A DNA stretch of 64,000 nt from a virus (IMGVR_UViG_2728369482_000003:1-64000), one strand, 5' to 3'. Positions 37,754 to 47,560 are shown, counted from the first letter of the stretch. Numbers and translations are program-made. The notes: a model not told the origin generated them from the sequence alone.

Positions 37754-38221
37754 ATGACCCGTCATCACCTCGAACTGCTTTCGCTGCCGGCCACCGACGA
37801 GACCATCCTGCTGCAGGACCTGTCGGTTTATAACGGCTACCCCGAATACCCTCGGCTCGTACTTACGGTTCCGGGCCGAAATAGCTGCTCGGTTCCCATC
37901 AAACCCGGAGAAACCACCGTCATCCGGCCCCTGAACCCGGGAGAACTACTGCCCGACGGTATCTACACGGCTGATTACTCGGTAACCCCGCACGACCAGA
38001 TCCAGCTTTGTTACCCCTTTCTGAGAACCTACCAGCTGGAATGCCGGCTTAACCGCTGGATTCAGACCATCGACTGGTTGCAGGAACCGGTGACCAGCCG
38101 TAACTACCAGACCCTGCAAAAAGTCACGGCCCTGCTGCTGGCGGCTACCTCATCGGTTCAGGCCGGGGATTTAGCCGGGGGGCAGCGGTATTTTCAGGGG
38201 TTACAAACCACCTGTCCGTGA
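37754..38221 (+). CDS. Structural protein (tail hub-like)
   Basis: LQDLSVY, LTVPG, LPDGIY..DYSV.P. Confidence 0.55.
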   Translation: MTRHHLELLSLPATDETILLQDLSVYNGYPEYPRLVLTVPGRNSCSVPIKPGETTVIRPLNPGELLPDGIYTADYSVTPHDQIQLCYPFLRTYQLECRLNRWIQTIDWLQEPVTSRNYQTLQKVTALLLAATSSVQAGDLAGGQRYFQGLQTTCP

Positions 38222-38504
38222 ACCTCTCTACCCCGCACCTGCGGTATCTGCTCACCCAGCTACCCCGGCTGAGCTGCCCCAAAAAGCATGACATCTACCG
38301 AACAGTCCTGGAGACCGCCCTGCTGCGACCAGACCGCCGGCCGTATCAACCTGAAATCGAGCTTCTCACCCGGGCTTTCGGCGGTTCAGCAAACGGCTGA
38401 TTCCATCTTGTCCGAAACCCTGGGAGCCCGCTCCCACCTTTCCTCCTCGGCAATCTGGCTGGCCTACTGGGCTAGTCGGAGCCGCCGGTTAACCTGTTTA
38501 TCCC

Positions 38505-40196
38505 GTGGCCTGTCAGCCTGCTAATCCCTGCCAAAAACCAACCTGTACCCGCTGCCAGGGAACAGGTTCAACCACTCCGGGTTCGGGGACGGGTCTGATT
38601 ATCGATTCAAGCCAGGTTATCTACCACCTGACCCCCGGCCAGACCAGTAAGCTGATTTGCCTGGCGCTGGCCAACGGGGTTAGTCTGGAGACGATTCTGG
38701 AACGGATCGATCAGGCCCTGTGCGCCCGTAGTCTGCCCGAACCGGCCAAGCTAAATCTGGCCTGCTTTCTGCAGAACAAACCGGCTCCGGCTACGATGGG
38801 GGGGTTGCTGGAAGCTATTGGCCAGGCTATCTGTAACCTGCGGACGGCCACCGACATCGGTAATCTGATTCAGCAACTGCTGGCCAGTTCGGTATTTGTC
38901 TCGGGGCTGGCCACACTGATTGCCACCAACCCCAGCTTTATTTCCACGCTGCTGGCCAACCAGAGTTTTCTCTCTCAACTGGCCGCCAGTGAGTACTTCG
39001 TTTCCCAGCTGGCCAACAATCCCAGCTTTATTACCCAGGTCGGTACCAAGCTGGTAAATGATTCCCACTTTGTCTCCAGCCTGGTGCAGAAGATCACCAC
39101 GGATCCAACCCTGAAAGAGCAGTTCTGCTGCGATACGGGGGGCTCGTCCCCCTGCCAGACAATGATCGTCGGCGGAGTTCCCCAGGTTATCTGTTCCTGC
39201 CAGGCTCCGACGAGTCTGCTGCTGACGGGGCCGGCTACGGGTTCCCCAGACACCGATCTGACCTACCAGCTGAGCTACGCCGGAACGCCGGGCCACGTCA
39301 GCTGGAGCATTGCCGGGGGTCAGATTCAGTCCCAGACGGATACAGCGGCCACCGTTCGCTTCAGCCAGTCAGGTAGTCTGACGGCCACGGTGACGGGCTG
39401 CGACGGGAATAACTACCCCGTCAGCAAACAAACCAGTATCGGCCCGGCCTGCATACCGGTAAGCGGCCTGACCATCACCGGTCAGATCAAGCCGATTCCG
39501 GGTACCAGCGTTACCTACCAGCGGGCCGTAACGGCCGGTACGGTACTCAGCCACAGCTGGACCATCTCGGGTGGTATCATTACCGGTTCGGCTTCGGGCG
39601 AATCGGTGACGGTTACCTGGACGGGCAACGGTATTCCGGGCGTACTCAGCCTGTCGGTCAATGACTGTTCGGGCTCGGCCAAAACCACCCAGCTCTCGGT
39701 TGCTCCCCAGCAATTGACCACCGAGCAGATCGGGGAGCTGAGTGCCAGCTGCCGGATCAGTGGGTCCTGTAACGATAACGGACTTTGCAGCGTTCGTCAC
39801 CTGGTCAGCTTCAGCGGCTTACAGCCGAATCTGGGCTACAGTGCCGAACTGGAAACAGCGTCGGCCAGCGGAGCCAGTCTGACCGTACTGGATTTCAACC
39901 AGTCATCTACTACGGCCGTTGGCCAACTGGTGTATACCCAGCTTAGCGGTACGGGCAGCTACAGCGGGGCCCTTGTGCTTAAACAGGGCGGTCAGACCAT
40001 CGGCAGCAAGCTACTGACCCTAACTAACTCCAGCAGCTTTGCCGCCCTGCCATCGTGTCAGAGTCCGGCTACCGTACAACCCACCAACTCGGCCGGTCAG
40101 TACACCGTCAGCTTTGACGATACCGGTCTGACGCCCCCCTACACCTATACTCTCAAAGACCAGGCCGGTACGACCCAGGCCAGCGGCAGTTTATGA
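38505..40196 (+). CDS. Tail fibre-like protein: Cys-rich N-terminus, helical repeats, PKD/Ig-like domains
   Basis: LxxNxxF repeats; two ITG...Y...WSI.GG.I PKD-like units. Confidence 0.7.
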   Translation: MACQPANPCQKPTCTRCQGTGSTTPGSGTGLIIDSSQVIYHLTPGQTSKLICLALANGVSLETILERIDQALCARSLPEPAKLNLACFLQNKPAPATMGGLLEAIGQAICNLRTATDIGNLIQQLLASSVFVSGLATLIATNPSFISTLLANQSFLSQLAASEYFVSQLANNPSFITQVGTKLVNDSHFVSSLVQKITTDPTLKEQFCCDTGGSSPCQTMIVGGVPQVICSCQAPTSLLLTGPATGSPDTDLTYQLSYAGTPGHVSWSIAGGQIQSQTDTAATVRFSQSGSLTATVTGCDGNNYPVSKQTSIGPACIPVSGLTITGQIKPIPGTSVTYQRAVTAGTVLSHSWTISGGIITGSASGESVTVTWTGNGIPGVLSLSVNDCSGSAKTTQLSVAPQQLTTEQIGELSASCRISGSCNDNGLCSVRHLVSFSGLQPNLGYSAELETASASGASLTVLDFNQSSTTAVGQLVYTQLSGTGSYSGALVLKQGGQTIGSKLLTLTNSSSFAALPSCQSPATVQPTNSAGQYTVSFDDTGLTPPYTYTLKDQAGTTQASGSL

Positions 40197-42868
40197 GCTA
40201 CGTCCGAAACATTCAGCTCCCCTCGACATTAGCGAGTGGGAGCTTTCAGCTGAGCATTCAGGATGCCGCCGGGGTTACCCTGCCGCCCCAGTCGCTGAGC
40301 TACAGCCGTCCCAGTTACCCTTCGGGTATGAGTCTGCGGGTTACCTACCAGGCGGCTACCAAACGGCTGTACATCAACCAGGCCGGGGACAACATCCAAA
40401 TTCGGATTCTGCGGCAGGACGGGGCCGTATTTGTCATGGCTAACCCGGATAATCCGAATCTGTCGTCCGGGGTTTTCTACGGAGCCGGTCCCCTGTCAGG
40501 GCAGGGAATATATACCCGGCAGTGGGATTTCCGGCAGAAAGCCGATGGGTCGGGCGGAATTCCCCAGTTACCGATCCAGATTACGGGGAAGCTCGATAAC
40601 GGCGTTACTTTCGATTTTTTCTGGACCCCCACGGAAGTAACGAATCTGGTCCTGTTCGAACCCAGTTCAACGACGCCGGTCGATCCGTCGGTAAAGGCTT
40701 ACAACAAGGTACTCTTCTGGGACAACTCGATCGGTTTCCACCCAGCGGTTCCCGGTATCGGCTGGCCCTACAACTGGGGGATGGCGGCTACCGAAGCCAG
40801 CAAGGATTACCGCCACCGGTTAATCGACAAGCTCCGGCTGAGTAACCCGGCCCTGCAGGCTTATGCCCTGGGAGGTGAAAACAATGCCAACGGCATCAAC
40901 GGCCTGACCAGTGGCGTAACCGTAGCATCGGTACCCGACTGGGAAGCCAATTACGATACCCGTAGTCTGGACAGTTACGCGGATGCCTATAACGTAGGAG
41001 CCGATCTGCTGATATTTGCCATCGGGGAAAACGTGGATGACGACGGGGTTACGGGCCGGGGCTTTAAGCAAAAAGTCCTCGATCTGTTTGCCCGCTTCAA
41101 AGCCGTCAACCCGACTATTCAGATCGTGATTCGAACGCCGGTCTGGAACAAACCGACCGTAACGGGAAATCTGATCCAGATTGCCCAGGAACAGGGTATT
41201 CCGTTCTGGACGGGTTCGGCCCTGATTGGTGATCCGGCCAACTTTGGCTTCGATAAGCCGGCCGGACAGACGACCGAACCGACCGATGGGGTCAAAGCCC
41301 ACCCCAACAACACGGGGATGGCAAAAATTGCCGAAGGGGTTTATGCAGCTATTCCGGTTAAAAACTCGACGATTCCACCCTCGGCCGGTAACGCTACCCG
41401 AATCAGCGGGGGTTTCTACGAGTCTCCTTCGCTGGCGGATATGTTCAGTCGGGCTCCGTTCGTTCCCGATCAGAACCAGCTTTCCGACTGGCCCAATGCT
41501 ACGGCTAAAATTCTGGAAAACGACCAGATCGTACTGGGGATTCATAAATCGATTGGCGGTTCGATTACCATCATCAAGGATAAACGGGACGGAATCAACC
41601 TGGTCAATACCTACGCGATCGGTCAGCCCAGCAATCCTGATGCCTGGGATACGGGACGATCGGGTGACTACTCGATCTACGGAACGCCGATCGGGTCAGG
41701 AGATTCCTACTACGAAGCCGGACAAAACACCAACCAGACCGGGGACGATACGGGCTACAACGGGGTTCCCGGTGGTTCCCGCTACCTGGACCGCTCAACG
41801 ATTACCTTTTACCAGCGGAAAAACGTGGAAGGACTGGGTCTGGTCGATTACGTCCGAACGACACCCAAACAATGGAGCATCCAGAACATCGATACCCAGT
41901 ACGTTCGTCACGCCTGGTACTATCTGCTGGGCAGCAGCTACTGCTGGACCTATCTGATCGAGTGTAACCGAACTGATTCCCAGCGTACGTTCGAAGGTCG
42001 AGAACAGGAAGGTCCGTTTATTTATACCATCGGTAACAACTACCAGTACCTGGTCGAGCTGGGAACCGATGGTACGACTACCCAGATTCAGAAAAGTGAT
42101 TTCCCGGGCGGTCAGAACGATACGGGGATCTACTATACGACGGGTAACTACATCGGTTCCTACAACCCGACGTCGGGCCGGGGGCTTACGCTGTTCGCTC
42201 CTCACTGCTCCCGGGTCCGGGGTAAACAGTTTATCGGTCAGGCGGGTGACGAGTACTCCAACTCCAGTGGTTACATCGATATTGCTGACTTTAAAGATGC
42301 CGACAGTATCGGTAAATGGATGGTTCAGGGCTTTACCCACGTGGGTAGCAATGCCGAGTTCAAGACCTGGCGGGCGGCTCAGATGATTCCGACGCTGCCC
42401 CTGAAATGGAATTTCTCGGGAGGAGACTTCCAGGGCTGGGCCAGTCTGTCGGGTAAGTTCCAGAAGATCGGGGGCGTGAGTACGCTGTTCATGGGGGAAC
42501 CCCGTAAGCAGGACGGATCCCGGGGTGAGACCGTATTCGTTTCTCCGTCGGGCAGCTGGCAGGTAGACAGCCTGCAGACGTTGTATCTCAACGCGGCCAT
42601 CAAAGGCTTGTCCCGGCTCTATATCAGCTGGCTTAAACCCGGTCAGACCGAGATCCAGGCGGCTCAGGCCGGTCAGTACAAGGAATTCGACGTCAGCGCC
42701 ACCGACAGCTTTCAGACCTATACCTTCTCGATGGCGGGTAGTCCCTGGAACGGGATCATCTCCCGCTTTCAGTTCGGTATTCCCGGTGCCAACCGGAGTG
42801 GTCTCAACGGCTCGGAATACCTCAAACCCGGCTGGATCAATACCGTCAACCAGGCTCCCCAGTTCTAA
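40193..42868 (+). CDS. Tail spike-like protein with SGNH hydrolase domain and carbohydrate-binding-like C-terminus
   Basis: LFWDNSI, WGMAA, AIGENV, DGVKAHPNNTGM. Confidence 0.7.
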   Translation: MSYVRNIQLPSTLASGSFQLSIQDAAGVTLPPQSLSYSRPSYPSGMSLRVTYQAATKRLYINQAGDNIQIRILRQDGAVFVMANPDNPNLSSGVFYGAGPLSGQGIYTRQWDFRQKADGSGGIPQLPIQITGKLDNGVTFDFFWTPTEVTNLVLFEPSSTTPVDPSVKAYNKVLFWDNSIGFHPAVPGIGWPYNWGMAATEASKDYRHRLIDKLRLSNPALQAYALGGENNANGINGLTSGVTVASVPDWEANYDTRSLDSYADAYNVGADLLIFAIGENVDDDGVTGRGFKQKVLDLFARFKAVNPTIQIVIRTPVWNKPTVTGNLIQIAQEQGIPFWTGSALIGDPANFGFDKPAGQTTEPTDGVKAHPNNTGMAKIAEGVYAAIPVKNSTIPPSAGNATRISGGFYESPSLADMFSRAPFVPDQNQLSDWPNATAKILENDQIVLGIHKSIGGSITIIKDKRDGINLVNTYAIGQPSNPDAWDTGRSGDYSIYGTPIGSGDSYYEAGQNTNQTGDDTGYNGVPGGSRYLDRSTITFYQRKNVEGLGLVDYVRTTPKQWSIQNIDTQYVRHAWYYLLGSSYCWTYLIECNRTDSQRTFEGREQEGPFIYTIGNNYQYLVELGTDGTTTQIQKSDFPGGQNDTGIYYTTGNYIGSYNPTSGRGLTLFAPHCSRVRGKQFIGQAGDEYSNSSGYIDIADFKDADSIGKWMVQGFTHVGSNAEFKTWRAAQMIPTLPLKWNFSGGDFQGWASLSGKFQKIGGVSTLFMGEPRKQDGSRGETVFVSPSGSWQVDSLQTLYLNAAIKGLSRLYISWLKPGQTEIQAAQAGQYKEFDVSATDSFQTYTFSMAGSPWNGIISRFQFGIPGANRSGLNGSEYLKPGWINTVNQAPQF

Positions 42869-42879
42869 ACCTCTCTTTT

Positions 42880-43086
42880 ATGGCCTGTTCATCCTGCCAG
42901 GACCCACCCGTTGCCGGCTGCGTGGATACCCTGCCCGCCGACTGTCTCCAGTTCCCCGACGGAACCAAAGCCGGCGGGCTGCTTTACCAGCTTAAACCGC
43001 TGGTCAGTAACAACCAGCTCGATCTGATTACCTACCTGAAGGCTAACCCGGCCGTTGTGGCCCAGCTCAAACTTCTGCTCAGCTAA
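42880..43086 (+). CDS. Small Cys-containing structural protein
   Basis: MACSSC...GC..TLPADC; N-terminus resembles that of 38505. Confidence 0.55.
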   Translation: MACSSCQDPPVAGCVDTLPADCLQFPDGTKAGGLLYQLKPLVSNNQLDLITYLKANPAVVAQLKLLLS

Positions 43087-43685
43087 TGGCGGCAACAACC
43101 TTATCCATTTCGGGGGGAACGCCCCCTTTTAAAGTTACCATCACCGAAGCCGCTTCGGGTAACCAGATTCCCTGTAGCTCGGGCTGCGGCAGTAGCAACG
43201 ACCGAAGCCGGAACATCGTTTTTTCGGCCCTGACGGGGACTTACAACTACCGGATGCGGATCGAGGATTCGTCCTCACCCGTCTGCGTTTCCGAGCAGCT
43301 GACCGGTGCGTTGACCTGTCAGTCCGGATCGACCGTCAGTTTTACGGCCAACGTAATCCAGCCCACCTGTTCGGGGTCTACCCTAAGCTCGTCGGCTACC
43401 GTTCAGCTGAGTAACATTGCCAACGGAAACCGCTACCACATCTACCAGAACAACAGCATTTCGGGTAACGACTGCGGGGGAGCCATTTCCTTTACCGGTT
43501 CTTCGGTAAGTATTCCCGTCAATGCTCCGGCCCAGGGACAGTCCCAGCCCTACGCCATCCGAATCTGGGGTGGTTCGGACTGTTCCAGTTACGCCGATGC
43601 CATCGTTACCGTCAATTCACCGACCTGCCAGCCTGGTTCCAGCTGTAACCTGACTATTTCGCTGGGAACCCCGACCTGCTCCTGA
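43086..43685 (+). CDS. Cys-rich Ig-like repeat protein
   Basis: ISGGTPPF (SprB-like) and QPTC...YAIRIWG..C..YAD repeat. Confidence 0.7.
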   Translation: MAATTLSISGGTPPFKVTITEAASGNQIPCSSGCGSSNDRSRNIVFSALTGTYNYRMRIEDSSSPVCVSEQLTGALTCQSGSTVSFTANVIQPTCSGSTLSSSATVQLSNIANGNRYHIYQNNSISGNDCGGAISFTGSSVSIPVNAPAQGQSQPYAIRIWGGSDCSSYADAIVTVNSPTCQPGSSCNLTISLGTPTCS

Positions 43686-43686
43686 T

Positions 43687-45177
43687 ATGGGTAAAATCCC
43701 GTTGAGTATCCAGAACGCACCCGGACCGGCTACGATCTCGGTCAAGCTGGCCGGCGATGCCACCGAAAGGTATACCGGCTATACCGACGGGTACTGCTAT
43801 TTCAATGCTCCCCAGGACGCCCAGACCCACACCTATACCCTTCAGGTCAACGCGGGTTCCTGTCAGACGGCCCAGACTTTTTCGCTCTATTGCGGAGCTC
43901 CTCAGACCTGTTCCCCACCCAATAACGTGTACCGGTTTGCCGTTCCACCGGGCGAGGTTCGTTACAATACGGCCGATGAAGCCTGTCAGGGAGTCTGTAG
44001 CGGAACGACCGGGAACGAAGGCGGGCATCCGGTCGATTACCTGGGAGTGGGTGGTAAAATCTTCGATAACTTCGTCAACTGTACCGCCTGGAATAATACC
44101 GGCTGGTTTCCCGTTCACCAGAACCCGGGGGATCCGTTTACCCAGATCGTTCAGGTTCAGAACGGGATTATTCAGGCCCTGCAAAGCTGCCCGTGCGGAA
44201 ACAACGATACCCAGCCCAGCTTTACATTGTCCGCCCGCAACCCGACCTGTGACGGCTCGATTTCGAGCGGCTTACTGCTAACAGGTATTCAACGGGTGGA
44301 TCGGTACCGGTACACGAGTGGTACCAGCTACACGGGTCCCATCGACTGCCAGCAGGGTACTCCGCTAACGTCGGCCAACGGCTCGTTTCTGATCGACATT
44401 CCGGCCCCGGCTCCGGGCAACTCAAACACCTATACGGTACGGGGCTGGAATACGGCCAACTGCGGTCAGTGGTGGGATCAGACGGTTACCGTTACGGCTC
44501 CGGTCTGTCAGACGGGACCGGCTCCGATGACCGTGACGGCTTTTCAGCCAAGCTGCCAGAACGGGCAAATTACGGGGGGCGGCTTTTCGATTCGGAACGG
44601 GGATAGATCGGGAAAATTCCGGTACTGTTACGGTAGCAGCTTTGGTTGTACCAGTGACTGCTCGGCTCCCGACGGGTATCTGCAGAACGGTTCTGTCGAT
44701 TACGGTTTATCTTTCAATAGCCGCTCATCGGGCTACAATCAGGACGTAACCATCCGGGTTTACAAGGGAGACTGTTCGTCGTTTACCGATACGACCCTGA
44801 CCTTTTCGGTACCGGCCTGTAACGTCCCCTGTACGCCTTCGGAAGCCAATGTATCCGAGCGGTATGACGGTAAAGCGGAGATTAAAAACTATAGCTATCA
44901 GAATACCAACTGCGTCGATCAGACGGTTTACGTAGCCTTCAACCCCTTTAGTATACCCGACAAGATCAGTTTGTTTATCGACGGCCGTCAGGTATTTACC
45001 TCGGGCTGTCTGGGGGATGACGTGCGAACCGGTAAAACGGTCCTGCTCCACCACGGGGAAACGCTCCGGGTCGAAGTAGACGGAACCTGTTCGGGTAATT
45101 CTGGTACGCTCTGGCAGCTGGTGATGTCGAGTAAACAGGGGGTATTCGGACAGGAGTATACGCCCGTCAACCGGTAA
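43687..45177 (+). CDS. Cys-rich Ig-like repeat protein
   Basis: Two further P(T/S)C...T(V/I)R...C...D repeats; C-terminal FNPFSIPDKI domain. Confidence 0.7.
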   Translation: MGKIPLSIQNAPGPATISVKLAGDATERYTGYTDGYCYFNAPQDAQTHTYTLQVNAGSCQTAQTFSLYCGAPQTCSPPNNVYRFAVPPGEVRYNTADEACQGVCSGTTGNEGGHPVDYLGVGGKIFDNFVNCTAWNNTGWFPVHQNPGDPFTQIVQVQNGIIQALQSCPCGNNDTQPSFTLSARNPTCDGSISSGLLLTGIQRVDRYRYTSGTSYTGPIDCQQGTPLTSANGSFLIDIPAPAPGNSNTYTVRGWNTANCGQWWDQTVTVTAPVCQTGPAPMTVTAFQPSCQNGQITGGGFSIRNGDRSGKFRYCYGSSFGCTSDCSAPDGYLQNGSVDYGLSFNSRSSGYNQDVTIRVYKGDCSSFTDTTLTFSVPACNVPCTPSEANVSERYDGKAEIKNYSYQNTNCVDQTVYVAFNPFSIPDKISLFIDGRQVFTSGCLGDDVRTGKTVLLHHGETLRVEVDGTCSGNSGTLWQLVMSSKQGVFGQEYTPVNR

Positions 45178-45229
45178 ACCCAATCCTTACCCGTTCGTTC
45201 AGGACCCTGACCGGTTCGAACCGGACGGG

Positions 45230-45237
45230 TAAGTTTG
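45230..45237 (+). promoter_or_regulatory. Bacteroidota sigma-A -7 element TAAGTTTG, 4 nt before ATG 45242
   Basis: Exact consensus; overlaps the 3' arm of the inverted repeat CTTACCCGT/ACGGGTAAG (45186-45233). Confidence 0.55.
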
Positions 45238-45241
45238 CCTT

Positions 45242-45616
45242 ATGAATCCAACGCCCCTAGAAGCTAACTGGCTGGCCGAATCCGAGCGGGTTCCCTTCCG
45301 GCTTTACCCGTATAAATCACCCGGTCAGCTGCCGGCCGAAAGTCTGACTCCGGACCTGCAGCTACGGATGCAGTCGATCAAGGGTCAACTGGCCGTAGCG
45401 ACTGGTCTGGGCTGTTCCTGCCGGGTCCACGGTCAGTTTTACCGGGCCGTACCACCGGGCGATCCCCAACCCCAGTTTTCCACCAGCTTTGGCTCCCAGG
45501 CCGTGATCGATCTGCAGACGGGTCACCTTTATTTCGGACCCGCCCAGGAAACTCTGGAAATCGGAAAAGCCGCTCAGACCGACTGGCAGTACTTTCTTCA
45601 CTACAGTATCAACTGA
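45242..45616 (+). CDS. Hypothetical protein
   Basis: 124 aa behind its own promoter element. Confidence 0.6.
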   Translation: MNPTPLEANWLAESERVPFRLYPYKSPGQLPAESLTPDLQLRMQSIKGQLAVATGLGCSCRVHGQFYRAVPPGDPQPQFSTSFGSQAVIDLQTGHLYFGPAQETLEIGKAAQTDWQYFLHYSIN

Positions 45617-45620
45617 GCCT

Positions 45621-45938
45621 TTGGAGCCTGTGAATCAAATTCGTTGGAATGGATATGACACCGGTACGTTGAAGCAGCATTATGCCGACTTTACCGGGTT
45701 TAACCCGGACTATATCCAGGTTATACTCTATGACACGAAAGAGTTGATGTTTACTTACCCTTTGGACAAACTGGAGAATTTTCATCAAACGTTTGGCCTG
45801 GTAACGATCCAGGCTAACCACCTCAGTGAAGTCGTATCCTTGATAACGTTAACCGAACGGGTAGCCACCAGTAAACCCGTAATAGCCGTTCGGGCTTCTA
45901 TTATGGAACGGGAAAGACTAAAAAATCTCGCCTTATGA
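45621..45938 (+). CDS. Hypothetical protein
   Basis: TTG start, ATGA-coupled to the next gene. Confidence 0.5.
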   Translation: MEPVNQIRWNGYDTGTLKQHYADFTGFNPDYIQVILYDTKELMFTYPLDKLENFHQTFGLVTIQANHLSEVVSLITLTERVATSKPVIAVRASIMERERLKNLAL

Positions 45939-46525
45939 TTGTTCAGGAAACCGAATACCGTATACCAGCCGTCGATGAGCTGGTAGATGGTTTTAACTAC
46001 GAGAAACTAATACCGGCTTTGGGTTGGGTAGCTAAAACCCAGGAGGGAGTACCGTCAGCTGATACTCAGGAGTTGTTTGCCAGTTTGATTCAATGGGAAC
46101 AGGTCCGGGTTTCCTATACAGTCACCCGGGAGATCGAACCGCCTAAACCTTCATACCTGGATCGGTTCAAAAGCTGGCTTTCGGAAACCCCGTTTTTCAG
46201 TACGTACGTGGCTCCCCTGCTGGCCGTGGCCGCTCCATTGGTGCTGCTGGTACTAGGCTTTGCCGGCATCGGCTTTCTGGACCTGTTGAAAATCGGGGCT
46301 ACCGGTCATCAGCTGGTTTATCTGTTTCTGAACGGACTGGTTCTGCTCACGCTGGCCCGGATCGGTGACCGGATAATCCGGTACGCCTTCGAGCATTTCA
46401 ACCTGCTGAATACCCGGCCGTCAGCAACGGATAAACCCTGGCTGCTCCCCGTCCAGACTGATTATACCCGAATCCTGCTGATTGTGATGGGGGTTCTCTA
46501 CACGGTAACCCTGCTGGCCAAGTGA
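45935..46525 (+). CDS. Membrane protein (about 3 TM helices)
   Basis: Hydrophobic segments in the C-terminal half. Confidence 0.7.
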   Translation: MIVQETEYRIPAVDELVDGFNYEKLIPALGWVAKTQEGVPSADTQELFASLIQWEQVRVSYTVTREIEPPKPSYLDRFKSWLSETPFFSTYVAPLLAVAAPLVLLVLGFAGIGFLDLLKIGATGHQLVYLFLNGLVLLTLARIGDRIIRYAFEHFNLLNTRPSATDKPWLLPVQTDYTRILLIVMGVLYTVTLLAK

Positions 46526-47124
46526 ATACCCGACGGGACTGGATTTATCAGGTACGCAGCCGGTTTCGGGCCGATACGGTAGACAGCCGGTTGTCCAATC
46601 GGATGATCAGCTTCGAACTGGAAAAAATGCTGACCCTGTTGATCCGGCGGGATTCCGACAGCCGCAAGACCTGGAAGCAGACCAACCTGTTTACCCGGCA
46701 ACTCATCGAACTGACCACCGTAGACGGTCGGAGCCGCTCGGTAAATCCCTTACCACCGATTTTTCAGGGAAGTCTGAACCCGTACCTGCAGATTCTGGGG
46801 AGTGACGGGACCAGCTGGACCTTATCGACGCCGTTGCAGCAGGCGGGTAGCTGTGGTTTTTATGGCTGGCTGGATAACGAGAATTACCTGGTACTGACCC
46901 GGCCGGGTATTACCCAGATCGAGGTTCGGTATTTCGGTAAGCCGTACCGGCAGCCGGGTAGCTGCCAGTCGGAACTGGACGTGCTGCTGCCCGTACCGGA
47001 CCACCTGGAAGAAGACCTGCTGACGAGTGTCTGCAAGAACCTGGCCGCTGCTCCCCTACCCATACCCGAAGATTCCTTTCCCAACCAGAATGCCCAGACT
47101 ACCGCTCCACGACCCACTGCGTAG
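46522..47124 (+). CDS. Tail ring protein (crAss-like)
   Basis: DSRLSNR.I, LLIRRD, S..PLP.I, YGWLDNENYL; synteny. Confidence 0.65.
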   Translation: MNTRRDWIYQVRSRFRADTVDSRLSNRMISFELEKMLTLLIRRDSDSRKTWKQTNLFTRQLIELTTVDGRSRSVNPLPPIFQGSLNPYLQILGSDGTSWTLSTPLQQAGSCGFYGWLDNENYLVLTRPGITQIEVRYFGKPYRQPGSCQSELDVLLPVPDHLEEDLLTSVCKNLAAAPLPIPEDSFPNQNAQTTAPRPTA

Positions 47125-47560
47125 GGGAACCCCCCGTTTTAACAAAGGGCTTTACCAGGAGCTGGCTCCCCCGGTACCGTTTATGGTCTGGAAGCAGATT
47201 ATGCTACGGATGATGGCCCTGATCGGGGAAGAAATCCTCAGCAACCGTACGGGATTTACTCTGCCGGCCCAGCTGGGTCTGCTGGTGGTAGAAAAGATCA
47301 AACGACGGTCTGATGCCAAAAAACCCTTCATCGACCGGATTCATTTCTGCAAGACCGGAGAAAAACGAATCAACTACAACCGGCATACCTTTCAGCACAC
47401 CTACCGGATCGTCTGGGCCCCGCTAAGCAACACCCGGCTGCCCACCCGAACCCTGTGGCGATTCAAAGCCAGCCGGGCCCTCAATCGTCAGCTGGCCCAG
47501 CGGATCTTTGCTGGCCAGGATTACCTGCCCCTGGCTAAACAAGCTATTCCCCACCGGTAA
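47090..47560 (+). CDS. IHF-like protein of the crAss-like tail module
   Basis: EEILSNRTGFTLPAQLGLL.V, YNRHT, WRFKASR..R.LAQ.I. Confidence 0.7.
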   Translation: MPRLPLHDPLRRGTPRFNKGLYQELAPPVPFMVWKQIMLRMMALIGEEILSNRTGFTLPAQLGLLVVEKIKRRSDAKKPFIDRIHFCKTGEKRINYNRHTFQHTYRIVWAPLSNTRLPTRTLWRFKASRALNRQLAQRIFAGQDYLPLAKQAIPHR

